In this document: piece after piece, positions 46,757 to 55,959 of the stretch
Numbering within the stretch: position 1 is the first letter of the stretch
Layout: each line of letters opens with the position of its first letter
Origin: a virus
Taxonomy: Duplodnaviria > Caudoviricetes
IMG/VR virus record: IMGVR_UViG_3300025902_000014
Span: 1-64,000 of that record
Length of the DNA stretch: 64,000 nucleotides
Strand: one strand, 5' to 3'
The notes under the pieces: model-generated
What the model was told of the DNA's origin: nothing
The model's input: only the letters and a program-made list of their open reading frames with translations
Databases searched by the model: none
Program-made: the position numbers and the translations under genes

Positions 46757-46983
46757 AGGTCACGACGAACCTGACCGAGGCCCTGACTGAAGCTCCCCGG
46801 AAGTGGAAGCGGGGGCAGTCCGAGGTCTTCAAGGACAAGGGCATCGTGGTCCAGTGGCTCCCCGCGAATCAGGCATGGTTCGTCGGGTTCGGCCGCGACC
46901 CCCAGACCGCCAGCCGCCTCCGGGTCATCAGCGACCCGGTCGAGCTGGACGACTACCTCCGGGTGGACCTGAAGCTCTACTGA
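46753..46983 (+). CDS. leader-bearing small protein (MKVTTNLTEALTE)
   Basis: shared leader; GGAGG RBS. Confidence 0.8.
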   Translation: MKVTTNLTEALTEAPRKWKRGQSEVFKDKGIVVQWLPANQAWFVGFGRDPQTASRLRVISDPVELDDYLRVDLKLY

Positions 46984-47003
46984 GCTGACTCGCAAGTTCT
47001 AGA

Positions 47004-47033
47004 TTGACAGGTCTAGAACTCTCGTGGTAGCCT
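47004..47033 (+). promoter_or_regulatory. promoter TTGACA-N18-TAGCCT
   Basis: pattern match. Confidence 0.65.
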
Positions 47034-47055
47034 TCCCTTGGTTGGAGGTACCGAT

Positions 47056-47472
47056 ATGACGAACCCCAATGTTCTGGTGGCCACCCTGCTGGAGTCCGAA
47101 AAGCTCCTCGCGGCTCTCACGACTTCGGCCGAGGCAGTCGGCCTGAAGCTCTCCCCGAAGCTCGTCCCGAGGACCGACCTCGACGACGAGCACATCTCGG
47201 TGGACGAGAACACCCTCGTGGACATCTACCCCGCCGGAGTCGAGGTCCGAACGCTCTCCGGAAGCATCCACGTTCCGGGCTACGTGGTCACGACGACCAA
47301 CGTCATCCCGGCCTCCCGGTGGGTGCCCGAAGACGCCGACATCACGGACGAGATCGTCACCCGGAGCATCTCCGAGGCTGTCCACGTCGCCCTCGGATGC
47401 GTGCTCAACAGGCGACTCGAAGAGTTCATCATGGCGAGTTCGGAGGCAGGACTCGCTGAGGAGGGTGAATGA
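47056..47472 (+). CDS. acidic hypothetical protein
   Basis: GGAGG RBS. Confidence 0.7.
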   Translation: MTNPNVLVATLLESEKLLAALTTSAEAVGLKLSPKLVPRTDLDDEHISVDENTLVDIYPAGVEVRTLSGSIHVPGYVVTTTNVIPASRWVPEDADITDEIVTRSISEAVHVALGCVLNRRLEEFIMASSEAGLAEEGE

Positions 47473-47548
47473 GGTACTGCTAGTCACCTCGCAGCACACA
47501 CCCCAAGGATACGCAGGCCCCCCGTGAGGGGGGCTTGTCGTTTTATGC

Positions 47549-47620
47549 TTGACAGGATAAGCCTACTTCTGGTATCTTCTGGGTGTGGGCGAGACGCCCC
47601 GAAGAAAGCGAGAAACGAAA
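47549..47620 (+). promoter_or_regulatory. promoter TTGACA-N18-TATCTT plus conserved 5' leader hairpin
   Basis: GTGGGC-GAGAC-GCCCCGAAGAAAG, repeated at 48056 and 56178. Confidence 0.75.
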
Positions 47621-47974
47621 ATGACCAAGCCCGCCGCCGCCCCCACGACCACGGTCCGGAACGCCACGACCTACAAGTACGAGGAGATCCCGGTGGTCGT
47701 CGGAATGGGCGTGACCGAGTCCTGCGGCTCCGACGCCTACCCCTACGAGGTCATCGAGATCCGCACGGCGGGCAAGATCATCGTCCGCTCGATGAACGCG
47801 GAGAACGGCCCCGGTGGCCAGCCCTACTCCGGGATCGAGAACTGGATCATCACCTCGAACCCCGAGGGGCGGATCGAGACCCTCCGCAAGGGCAAGGACG
47901 GGCGCTGGAAGGCCGCCTGCGGCACCCGCTACTACGTCGGGCACGCCTCCCGCCACCACGACCCGCACTTCTAA
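47621..47974 (+). CDS. hypothetical early protein
   Basis: highly biased codons; own promoter and terminator. Confidence 0.75.
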   Translation: MTKPAAAPTTTVRNATTYKYEEIPVVVGMGVTESCGSDAYPYEVIEIRTAGKIIVRSMNAENGPGGQPYSGIENWIITSNPEGRIETLRKGKDGRWKAACGTRYYVGHASRHHDPHF

Positions 47975-48019
47975 CCCCGGGCCTCCTCCGAGAAACTCTT
48001 CAAGCCCCCGCGAGGGGGC

Positions 48020-48089
48020 TTGACTGTTTTAGCTTGTTCGTGCTAGATTACGGGTGTGGGCGAGAGAGCCCCGAAGAAAGCGAGACGCC
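48020..48089 (+). promoter_or_regulatory. promoter TTGACT-N18-TAGATT plus conserved 5' leader hairpin
   Basis: overlaps hairpin CAAGCCCCC-GCGA-GGGGGCTTG (48001-48022). Confidence 0.75.
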
Positions 48090-48422
48090 ATGAAACTCCT
48101 CACCGCCGCCACGACCAAAGCCTTCCAGAAGTTCCCGCTTCGCTCGCAGGAGGGCAAGTTCTTCGAGGCCAAGGTGGTCGCGAAGTTCTTCATGCCGTCC
48201 GGGCGCTTCACCTTCCTCGCCACGGAGGGGTCGCCCCTCCCGAACGGGGACTTCGAGTTCTTCGGGTTCTGCGTCTCCGCCCTCGGCTCGGACTGCGACG
48301 AGTGGGGCTACACGACCCTCTCCCAGCTCAAGTCGGCCAAGGGGATGTTCGGGCTCGGGATGGAGCGAGACCTGAGCGTGGCCCCCGGGAAGCGCACCGC
48401 CGGTTCCCTCCTCGGGATCTAG
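48090..48422 (+). CDS. DUF2958-like protein
   Basis: VAKFFMP...TFLATE...FFG...EWGYxxLxxL...ERDL. Confidence 0.75.
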   Translation: MKLLTAATTKAFQKFPLRSQEGKFFEAKVVAKFFMPSGRFTFLATEGSPLPNGDFEFFGFCVSALGSDCDEWGYTTLSQLKSAKGMFGLGMERDLSVAPGKRTAGSLLGI

Positions 48423-48436
48423 GAAGAAGGGATAAC

Positions 48437-48862
48437 ATGGGATACCTGACGAACGCCATTCGACTCGCTTCCCTCGCACACGCTGAGCAGGTCGATAAGG
48501 CCGGTCAACCGTATGTGTTTCATGTGTTGAGGGTCATGCTCTCCCCGACGCTGACCACCGAGGCCGAGCGAATCGTCGCGGTCCTCCACGACCTCAAGGA
48601 AGATCAGATCCACCTCTGGCCCGCCGTCGTCCGACAGTACGGCTGGAGCCCCGAGATCATGGCCGGGCTCGACGGGATCACGTGGCGGCCGGAAGAGACG
48701 TGGAAGGCGTACCTGATCCGGGCCAAGGCCAACCCGATCTCCCGGAAGGTCAAGCTCGCCGACATGACCGACAACCTCCGGGGGGTGCCGAACGCCACGA
48801 GGGTGGACGAGAGGCGCACCGAGAAGTACAGGAAGGGCATCAAGTTCCTGATGGCTGACTAA
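48437..48862 (+). CDS. HD-domain (SpoT/Mesh1-like, small alarmone hydrolase-like) protein
   Basis: AHAEQVDKAGQPYVFH...AVLHDLKED...VKLADMTDN. Confidence 0.85.
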   Translation: MGYLTNAIRLASLAHAEQVDKAGQPYVFHVLRVMLSPTLTTEAERIVAVLHDLKEDQIHLWPAVVRQYGWSPEIMAGLDGITWRPEETWKAYLIRAKANPISRKVKLADMTDNLRGVPNATRVDERRTEKYRKGIKFLMAD

Positions 48863-49257
48863 CCGCCCACCCGGGTTCGGGGACGATGAAGCTGGCCGGG
48901 CATCCGGTCGGTGGAGAAACCGAGTCAAGCCCGGCGAAGGCCGCTGGAACGGCAGCACACCCGCCCGCCCGGTCCGTTCAACCGGCGGCATGTTGAGGAG
49001 GAAACCATGGGGCTCTACGCGACGGAATGGGTGGTCCCGGGGACGGGGTCCACGAGACGGGAGCTGAAGGAAGCTCGGGAGCAGGCTCTCGGGACGAAGA
49101 TCTCCCGGGATGAGTTCGACGACCGGAAGTCCCGGCTCCGGATCATCTCCCGGCCGGTCAAGGAGGACTTCGACCTCCTCCGGATCGAGGCCGCCCTGAC
49201 CCAGTTCCCCGGGGATCTGGAAGAGTTCGGCCCTGAGAACGACGGTGAGGAGGACGT

Positions 49258-49761
49258 ATGAAGCTGGCGAAGAAGAAGGCTCCGGTCAAGAAGAAGGTTC
49301 TGGTCAAGAAGGCCCCGGTCAAGAAGCCGAGCAAGGGGGTCTCGTTCACGGACTTCCCGACCCTCGGGGACATCATCACGCGGCTGGAAGTTCAAGCGAT
49401 CAAGCTGCACGAGGCCGAGAAGAAACTCCGGCTCACCGAGGCGGCCCACCTCGCGTCTGTGGAACGGGAGAACGTCCTGACCCGGGATCTCGATACGGCC
49501 CGGGAGAAGGTGGCCGTCCTCGGGCGGGAAGTCCTCGACCTCAAGGCGTCCAAGACCCTGTTTCAGGCCCGGGTGAAGGAGCTGGAGAAGATCCGGAAGG
49601 TGACCGCCAAGGTTCCCGGGGTCAAGGCCCGGCTGGACATCCTCCTCGACGGGGACTTCCACCGGTACTTCCGGAACGTGGAGGCCGGGGGCAACAGCCT
49701 CCCCGACCTCACGATCATCCTGAGAGAGCTTCAGAGCATCCGGGACGGCATCGCCGACTAG
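49258..49761 (+). CDS. coiled-coil protein with Lys-rich N-terminus (KKAPVKK repeats)
   Basis: GAGGAGG RBS. Confidence 0.7.
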   Translation: MKLAKKKAPVKKKVLVKKAPVKKPSKGVSFTDFPTLGDIITRLEVQAIKLHEAEKKLRLTEAAHLASVERENVLTRDLDTAREKVAVLGREVLDLKASKTLFQARVKELEKIRKVTAKVPGVKARLDILLDGDFHRYFRNVEAGGNSLPDLTIILRELQSIRDGIAD

Positions 49762-49790
49762 GCTTTCCACTACCACACGGGATTCCAACC

Positions 49791-49812
49791 ACCCCCCGAA
49801 AGGGGGGTTTTT
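49791..49812 (+). terminator. intrinsic terminator
   Basis: ACCCCCC-GAAA-GGGGGG-TTTTT. Confidence 0.85.
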
Positions 49813-49881
49813 CGCGTTCATCCTCCTGAAAAACCAGCAGTTTTAGGCATGGCACTTCAAGAGGTTTCTCTATCGGGGTGC

Positions 49882-50520
49882 ATGAGTGCCCCGCACCTCA
49901 TCTACGGCTTGGCAGATCCCGAAACCGGAAAGCTCCGGTATGTCGGGCAGACCCACCGTACGCTGGATGCCCGGCTCTACCACCACATCTGGGATGCCAT
50001 TCACCACTCTCACAAGAACCGCAAGGACGCTTGGATCTGCAACCTGACGGTGCGGGGCCTGCGTCCGAACATCGTACTTCTGGAGGAGACATCCTCATGG
50101 AAGACCCGTGAGAAGCACTGGATCGCCCAGTTCCCGGATCTCCTGAACTGCACCGAAGGCGGAGAGGGGATCGTCGGGTACAGGCACACCCCGGAAGCCC
50201 GGCAGAAGATCGCTGCGGCGAATCGGCTCAAGGCTGGGAAGAAGCGCACCGGGGAAGCTCTGGCCAACATCACTCGGGGCAACCTGAGTCGGCGGGGTCG
50301 GCCTCAGTCGGCGGAGACCATCGCGAAGAAGGTGGCGGCTCTTCGTGGGAAAAAGGCATCTCCTGAGCTGTGTGCGAAGCGGAAAGCCATGTGGGCTACT
50401 CCGGAACGCCGGGAGCAGGGCCGCCTGAACGCGCAGAAACGTTGGGATAGGGAAGAGGCCGAGTGGCGGGCTTCCTATCCAGAGTCATTCACCAGTCTGA
50501 GCACAACTCAGACAAACTAG
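49882..50520 (+). CDS. GIY-YIG homing endonuclease with NUMOD3 repeats
   Basis: IYGLADP...RYVGQT...R...H, LLNxTEGGEG, HTPEARQKIA. Confidence 0.9.
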   Translation: MSAPHLIYGLADPETGKLRYVGQTHRTLDARLYHHIWDAIHHSHKNRKDAWICNLTVRGLRPNIVLLEETSSWKTREKHWIAQFPDLLNCTEGGEGIVGYRHTPEARQKIAAANRLKAGKKRTGEALANITRGNLSRRGRPQSAETIAKKVAALRGKKASPELCAKRKAMWATPERREQGRLNAQKRWDREEAEWRASYPESFTSLSTTQTN

Positions 50521-50534
50521 GAGGACTGTTCAAA

Positions 50535-50810
50535 ATGGCATCAATCGCCTTCGATATCCAGAACCTCGCCAAGAAGCTCGACCGGCTCGACGCCAAGGGG
50601 CCGACCTCGCGGAATCTCCAGTCCGCGTGGGCCATGGCGCAGACCATCAACTCCCTTCTTCAGGCCACCAAGGCCGACGGCGCGGGGCACTACACCCTCT
50701 CGGAGGACTGGACCGAGGCCACTCGGACCCCCTACGAGGCCGCCGTGGACGCCGCTCAGGTCGCTCTCACCGCCGCCCTCGCCCAGCTCAAGGTTCTCGT
50801 CAAGGCGTAA
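50535..50810 (+). CDS. hypothetical head-module protein
   Basis: AGGAGG RBS; upstream of protease. Confidence 0.7.
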   Translation: MASIAFDIQNLAKKLDRLDAKGPTSRNLQSAWAMAQTINSLLQATKADGAGHYTLSEDWTEATRTPYEAAVDAAQVALTAALAQLKVLVKA

Positions 50811-50816
50811 CCTTCG

Positions 50817-51293
50817 ATGCTGAACCGGGTGACCCAAGTCTTCTCCCCGTTCGGGTCGGGGGGCTTTCTCAGGCAGATGGCCGAGGCTGCGCTTCGGAAC
50901 GTCAAGGAGTTTGAACTCAAGGTCGGCTCCTCTGAGAAGAGCCCCTACGACTTCCCGGTGGAGAAGCTCGGGGATCTCATGCTGGTCAGCATCGACGAGG
51001 AAGGTACGGTCCTCCGGGCACGGACCGTCAAGAACTCTCCCGGGAAGGATTACCAGTGGGCGGGTCCATGCACCCCCAAGGCGAATCTGTTCCGTGTCCT
51101 GAAGTTCGTCGGGGATGACCCTCTCGACCGTCAGAAGTTTCTTGACTACGTCTACAACTTCCGGAACGTCCTGATCGACCTCAAGAAGGAAACCATCGTC
51201 GTCATCGACGAGAACACGGCGGAAGCGTTGACGGTCACCAGCGGGGTTCAGGCTCCTCGGGTGGCCGCCATCATGACCGCACTGGGACAGTGA
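50817..51293 (+). CDS. hypothetical head-module protein
   Basis: coupled to protease gene. Confidence 0.7.
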   Translation: MLNRVTQVFSPFGSGGFLRQMAEAALRNVKEFELKVGSSEKSPYDFPVEKLGDLMLVSIDEEGTVLRARTVKNSPGKDYQWAGPCTPKANLFRVLKFVGDDPLDRQKFLDYVYNFRNVLIDLKKETIVVIDENTAEALTVTSGVQAPRVAAIMTALGQ

Positions 51294-53236
51294 TGAGACT
51301 TCTCGAAGCATCTTACTTTGAGGGTTACGAGATCCTCGAAGGCTCGGGCGAGGGGGCCAAGCCCCTGATCGTGCGGGGTGTGTTCGGGCGGGCGAATGTC
51401 AAGAACGAGAACGGACGGATCTACCCGGACAGCGTCTGGAGGAAGGTTCTCTCTGAGAGTTCCGAGGCCATGGGACGAATCAAGTCCCGGAACTTCTTCA
51501 GCGAACTCGACCACCCGGACGATGGCCGGACTCTTCTTCAGCGTGTGGCCGGACTGACCACGCGACTGGAGATGCGTCCCGACTGGGCCGTGTACGGTGA
51601 GGCGGAGATCCTCCCGACCCCGGCGGGGAAGATCCTCGAAGCCCTTTTCCGCTCGAAGGCCAAGATCGGCATCTCTTCGCGTGGGGAAGGGGATCTCCTG
51701 AAGACCGAGTCTGGTGACATCGTTCAGGAGAACTTTGAACTTCAGGCATTCGACTTCGTCCACAACCCCTCGACTCAGGGGGCCTATCCCAACCCCGTCT
51801 TCGAGCATCTTCTGGCCCGAAGGACAGGAGATCGAATGATGGATCTGATGGAAGAGTTCAAGGCACTGGAGAGGTCCGTCCTCGAACTCGTGAACCTGAA
51901 GCCCTCGGAGGTGTCCGCCGCCATGCGGCCCCTCGTCGAGCGTCAGGCGACCGAGACGATGGTCAAGCTCTCCAAGCTGTCCGAGTCGGCGGGGGACATG
52001 AAGCCCCTGTTCATCGGACTTCTCTCCGAACTGAACACCGCTCGTCGTCCTTTCGTCCGTCTGGGCGAGAACGACGGCGGCAACTACCACCCGGGGCTCG
52101 TGGACAAGCTCCTCGCGGCGACCAACACGGCCAAGGCCGGTGAGGCCGGAAGCGTCGAGGCCCTCCCCGCGACGGTGGAACCCGACTCTCTCCCCCTCAT
52201 CCCCGGCGCGGACCCGAAGGCCGTGGGTGAGTCCAAGACCGAAAAGACCCGCAAGGAGGAAGCCAAGATGGCCGAGGCCGCGAAGAAGAATTCCATGAGC
52301 AAGGCCCTCCGGTCGGCGATCCGTGAAGCCGAGGACGAGCTGGATCAGATCGCCACCGACGAGAGCGAGGACGAGACCGCCCTCGCGGCACAGGAGGCGG
52401 CGCAGAAGTGCGAGTCCCGGCTCCTCAAGGCCGCCCGGAAGGTCATGGAGGGGGACGGCGCGAACCTCATGCCCGACTCCTACGAGCCCGCCGAGCCCAA
52501 GGGCGAGGAAGAGATCGGCGAGTCCGAGGACGGTGACGAGGACGACGTCCCGACCCTCACGGCGTCCGACGACGACGAGAACCAGTTCGGCGAGGACGAG
52601 AACGGCCCGCCGCCCGAGATTCAGGCCAAGATCGACGCCAAGGAGTCCAAGCGCAGGCGGCCCTCCGCCCTCCGCCGGTTCTCCGAGAGCGACGACGACA
52701 GCATCGACATCCCGGCCCCTCCCAAGGAGGAGGCCGAGACCGAGCCCACGGACGACGACGGTCAGCCCCTCCCCCCGATGGAGGCGAAGATCGTCAAGAC
52801 CTACCGCAAGCTCGTCCGCGAGAACCGCCGGATGCGCTACGAGGCGAGGGTCACCGAGGCCATCGCGGCCAAGGCCATCGCCAAGCTCACCCGCAGGGTC
52901 CGCGCCACCGAGGCGGCCCGCCCGTCCGCCCCGGCCTTCATCGTGGCCGGTGGCCAGAAGATCCCGGTCAAGGTGGCCGGGTCGGTCATCGAGTCCCTCG
53001 TCCGCCGCTACAAGGAGCTGAAGAAGACCTCCGGCGGCAAGGTCACGGAGTCCGCCGGTTCGCCCGACCCGGGCAGCATCTCCGAGGGTCCGTTCGGCGT
53101 TCCGTCGTTCGCCAAGGTGGGCAACGTCGCCCGCCTGAACGAGGCCGCCACGGCCGGACGCAAGACCGAGAAGTCGATCCTCGAAAGTCAGGCTGAGCTG
53201 GGTGCCCGCGTGGCCGCCCGGATCGGTCGGGTCTAA
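51290..53236 (+). CDS. T4 gp21-like prohead protease fused to acidic scaffold/core domain
   Basis: NENGRIYP, ELDHP, ILPTPAGKIL, GISSRGEG, FDFVHNPSTQGA; acidic coiled-coil C-terminus; directly upstream of MCP. Confidence 0.92.
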   Translation: MMRLLEASYFEGYEILEGSGEGAKPLIVRGVFGRANVKNENGRIYPDSVWRKVLSESSEAMGRIKSRNFFSELDHPDDGRTLLQRVAGLTTRLEMRPDWAVYGEAEILPTPAGKILEALFRSKAKIGISSRGEGDLLKTESGDIVQENFELQAFDFVHNPSTQGAYPNPVFEHLLARRTGDRMMDLMEEFKALERSVLELVNLKPSEVSAAMRPLVERQATETMVKLSKLSESAGDMKPLFIGLLSELNTARRPFVRLGENDGGNYHPGLVDKLLAATNTAKAGEAGSVEALPATVEPDSLPLIPGADPKAVGESKTEKTRKEEAKMAEAAKKNSMSKALRSAIREAEDELDQIATDESEDETALAAQEAAQKCESRLLKAARKVMEGDGANLMPDSYEPAEPKGEEEIGESEDGDEDDVPTLTASDDDENQFGEDENGPPPEIQAKIDAKESKRRRPSALRRFSESDDDSIDIPAPPKEEAETEPTDDDGQPLPPMEAKIVKTYRKLVRENRRMRYEARVTEAIAAKAIAKLTRRVRATEAARPSAPAFIVAGGQKIPVKVAGSVIESLVRRYKELKKTSGGKVTESAGSPDPGSISEGPFGVPSFAKVGNVARLNEAATAGRKTEKSILESQAELGARVAARIGRV

Positions 53237-53268
53237 CCGCAGAGCGAGAAGCGAAGGAGATCTGAAAG

Positions 53269-54693
53269 ATGGAACTCAACGAAGCAACGTTCAAGATGGG
53301 AACCTCGGAGCGGGTCAACAACGCTCTGGCCGCGTCCAAGTGGCGCAGGTTCCTCGAAGCCGCCAAGGTGCCCGAGGCCAAGCGGCCCTTCATCGCCCGG
53401 CTCTGCGAGAACCAGCTCACGTGGATGAGCCAGCTCGACGAGGAGACCCGTGTGGCCTCCATCGGGTCGTTCGAGAAGTTCGTCTTCCCGATGATCCGTG
53501 CGGTCTACCCGAACCTCGTCGCGCAGGATCTCGTCTCGGTGCAGCCGATGGAGGCTCCGACCTCCCTCGTGTTCTACCGCGACACCCGGTTCGGCTCCAA
53601 CAAGGGCGCGGTGAAGGCGGGTGATCCGCTCTTCAGTGCGCGCACCGGCTGGAACAACGCCTCCGGGTTCAACTACACCTCCGAGGTCGTCGAGAACGAA
53701 GAGATCGAGATGTCCACGGGCACGGGCGTGTCCTTCACGGGCAACCTCGCCTACCACCCCCTCCGTCCGGGCGGGCTGGTGATCTCCTACCTCAAGACCG
53801 CCGGGACCGCTGCGACCCTCACCGACGACGGCGCGGGCGGCCTCATCGGCGCGGCCGGTGAGCTGGCCGGGACGAACACGATCGACTACGGCACGGGTGC
53901 CTACGTCATCACCTTCGACACCGGGAAAGACCCGGCGGCCGGGGCCTTCACGGCCACGTACGACTACAACTCCGAGGGCTACGGGGACATCCCGCAGATC
54001 GACCTCATCCTCACGAGCACGCCCGTCGTGGCTCGCCCGAGGAAGCTCCGCGCTCGGTGGAGCATCGAGGCGGCGGCCCAGCTCAAGGCGGTCCACGGTG
54101 ACGAGGCCGAGGTCGAGCTGATGACCGACATGGCCAACGAGATGCGGATCGAGGTCGATCGCGAGATCATCTACGACCTCATCACCCTCGCCAACTCCAA
54201 CAACACCTCTGGCACGATCACCGAGACGACGTTCGCCAAGGCCGCGCCTTCGAACATCAGCCTCTACCTGCACCGCCAGAGCTTCATCTACTCGCTCATC
54301 GAAGCCTCGAACAAGATCTTTCAGGCGACCCGTCGCCACGGAGCCACGTGGCTCATCGGCGGCACGAACGTCTGCTCGATCATTCAGGGTCAGGAGGGCG
54401 AGCAGTTCGTCCCGGCCGGTGGCGACTATCAGGGTTCCGGCGTCCAGTTCATCGGCACCCTGAAGGGCCAGTGGAAGGTCTACCTCGACCCGTACATGAA
54501 CGCGGACGAGGCCATCCTCGGCTACAAGGGCGGGTCGTTCCTCGACAGCGGCTACGTCTACGCGCCGTGGGTTCCCTTCTACGCCACCCCGACCATCTAC
54601 CTCGACGACTTCGTCGGCCGCAAGGGGCTCTTCACCAGCTACGCGAAGAAGCCGATCAACGGGCTCTTCTATGCAAAGTTGAGGCTCACCTAA
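53269..54693 (+). CDS. major capsid protein (T4 gp23-like)
   Basis: ENQ, PMIRAVYPNLVAQDLVSVQPM, RKLRARWSIEAAAQLKAVHG, EVDREII, YLDPY, GYKG...YVYAPWVP. Confidence 0.95.
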   Translation: MELNEATFKMGTSERVNNALAASKWRRFLEAAKVPEAKRPFIARLCENQLTWMSQLDEETRVASIGSFEKFVFPMIRAVYPNLVAQDLVSVQPMEAPTSLVFYRDTRFGSNKGAVKAGDPLFSARTGWNNASGFNYTSEVVENEEIEMSTGTGVSFTGNLAYHPLRPGGLVISYLKTAGTAATLTDDGAGGLIGAAGELAGTNTIDYGTGAYVITFDTGKDPAAGAFTATYDYNSEGYGDIPQIDLILTSTPVVARPRKLRARWSIEAAAQLKAVHGDEAEVELMTDMANEMRIEVDREIIYDLITLANSNNTSGTITETTFAKAAPSNISLYLHRQSFIYSLIEASNKIFQATRRHGATWLIGGTNVCSIIQGQEGEQFVPAGGDYQGSGVQFIGTLKGQWKVYLDPYMNADEAILGYKGGSFLDSGYVYAPWVPFYATPTIYLDDFVGRKGLFTSYAKKPINGLFYAKLRLT

Positions 54694-54730
54694 CTAAGTC
54701 TAACCTAGTTGGGGGCCTAAAGTCAAGTGC

Positions 54731-54762
54731 GGGGCCGCCTTCGGGCGGCCCCTCTCTTTTTT
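54731..54762 (+). terminator. intrinsic terminator after MCP
   Basis: GGGGCCGCC-TTCG-GGCGGCCCC then T tract. Confidence 0.9.
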
Positions 54763-54784
54763 ATGTCTGACCGGCCTATTAGAC

Positions 54785-54813
54785 TTGACACCAATCACAG
54801 TCTAATATACATT
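54785..54813 (+). promoter_or_regulatory. promoter TTGACA-N17-TACATT, leaderless ATG 54820
   Basis: ATG 6 nt after -10. Confidence 0.75.
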
Positions 54814-54819
54814 TCCCCC

Positions 54820-55482
54820 ATGGTCAGCATCTACATCCTCATGGACCCTGCCGGTCAGATCCGGTACGTGGGCAAGGCGAAAGACCCGGAGCAAAGGCTG
54901 AAGGTCCATCTCAAGACCAGAGGGGTGGTCAGGTGGTGGGCTGAACAGCTCTCCGGACCGCCCACACTGAGGGTGGTAGACGAGGTGGGAGACCACCTGT
55001 GGCAGCACGCAGAGCGGTTCTGGATCAAGAAGCTGCGGGATGCGGGGTGTGACCTGCTCAACCGTGCTGAGGGTGGCCAAGGTGGTGCTTACCCGAAAGG
55101 AGAGGCTCAGCGCAGGGCGATCGGAGAAGCCAGTCGCAAGAACTGGACTGATCCTGCTTTCCGGGAGAAGGTGATCTCTGGTCGGGTGGGGTATCGGCAT
55201 TCTGAGGAGACGAAGCAGAAGATCAGTGCGGCCATGCAGGGCAAAACGCATCGGGGAGTTCCACACACGGAGGCAACTAAACAACGGCTACGGGAACTGC
55301 ATCTTGGTGTACGGCGAGGTTCACAGTCTGTAGAAGCTCGTCAAAAAATGTCTGAGGCGAAAAGGAGGTACTGGCATGAGTGGCGGGAACGACGTGCTGT
55401 CGAAGCTGGATCTGTGGAAACAGGAGCGACAGGAGGAAGCCGAGAAACTGACCCCAAGGGATCTTCTCAAGCTGGAAGCTGA
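54820..55482 (+). CDS. GIY-YIG homing endonuclease with NUMOD3 repeats
   Basis: IYILMDP...RYVGKA...R...H, LLNRAEGG, HSEETKQKIS, HTEATKQRL. Confidence 0.9.
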   Translation: MVSIYILMDPAGQIRYVGKAKDPEQRLKVHLKTRGVVRWWAEQLSGPPTLRVVDEVGDHLWQHAERFWIKKLRDAGCDLLNRAEGGQGGAYPKGEAQRRAIGEASRKNWTDPAFREKVISGRVGYRHSEETKQKISAAMQGKTHRGVPHTEATKQRLRELHLGVRRGSQSVEARQKMSEAKRRYWHEWRERRAVEAGSVETGATGGSRETDPKGSSQAGS

Positions 55483-55954
55483 AGTGGCTGCGGAGGAGGC
55501 GGGGCGTCTGGCTAAGAAAGTCGAGTTGGGTGACAAGATCTCCCTTGCCCTGTCCGGGAGAACTCTGTCGCCTGCGCACAAGCTGGCGATCTCCGAGGCC
55601 AAGCTCGGTATCAAGCAGAGCCCCGAGCACATCGCTGCCCGGGTGGCCCCCCGTCTGGGGAGGCCCCTCACCGAAGAACATCGGAGGCATTGCTCGGAGG
55701 CACGGCTGGGGTGGAACCCGTCGGAGGAGACTCGGGCGAGGATGTCGGCGGCCAAGAAGGGAAAACCCGGCCGGAAGCTGACCCCGGAAGACATCGCCCG
55801 GCTCAACGCCTCGCGCCAGACTCCGGAGTGGAGGGAGAAGATCCGGGTGGCGAACACGGGGCAGAAACGTTCCCCCGAAACCCGGGAGAAGATCCGGCTC
55901 GCCAAGCTCGGGAAGAAGCTCGGGCCTCGGGTGAAGGTTGCACTATCCCAGTGA
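55376..55954 (+). CDS. NUMOD3-repeat DNA-binding protein without nuclease domain
   Basis: about 7 repeats like SPAHKLAISEAKLG, SEETRARMSAAKKG, SPETREKIRLAKLG; AAGGAGG RBS. Confidence 0.75.
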   Translation: MSGGNDVLSKLDLWKQERQEEAEKLTPRDLLKLEAEVAAEEAGRLAKKVELGDKISLALSGRTLSPAHKLAISEAKLGIKQSPEHIAARVAPRLGRPLTEEHRRHCSEARLGWNPSEETRARMSAAKKGKPGRKLTPEDIARLNASRQTPEWREKIRVANTGQKRSPETREKIRLAKLGKKLGPRVKVALSQ

Positions 55955-55959
55955 AACAA

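Noticed and set aside
48056-48436. 5' extension of the HD gene from a leaderless GTG (268-aa ORF)
   Set aside because: Overlaps the DUF2958-like gene out of frame with Arg/Pro-rich shadow composition; ATG 48437 has its own RBS
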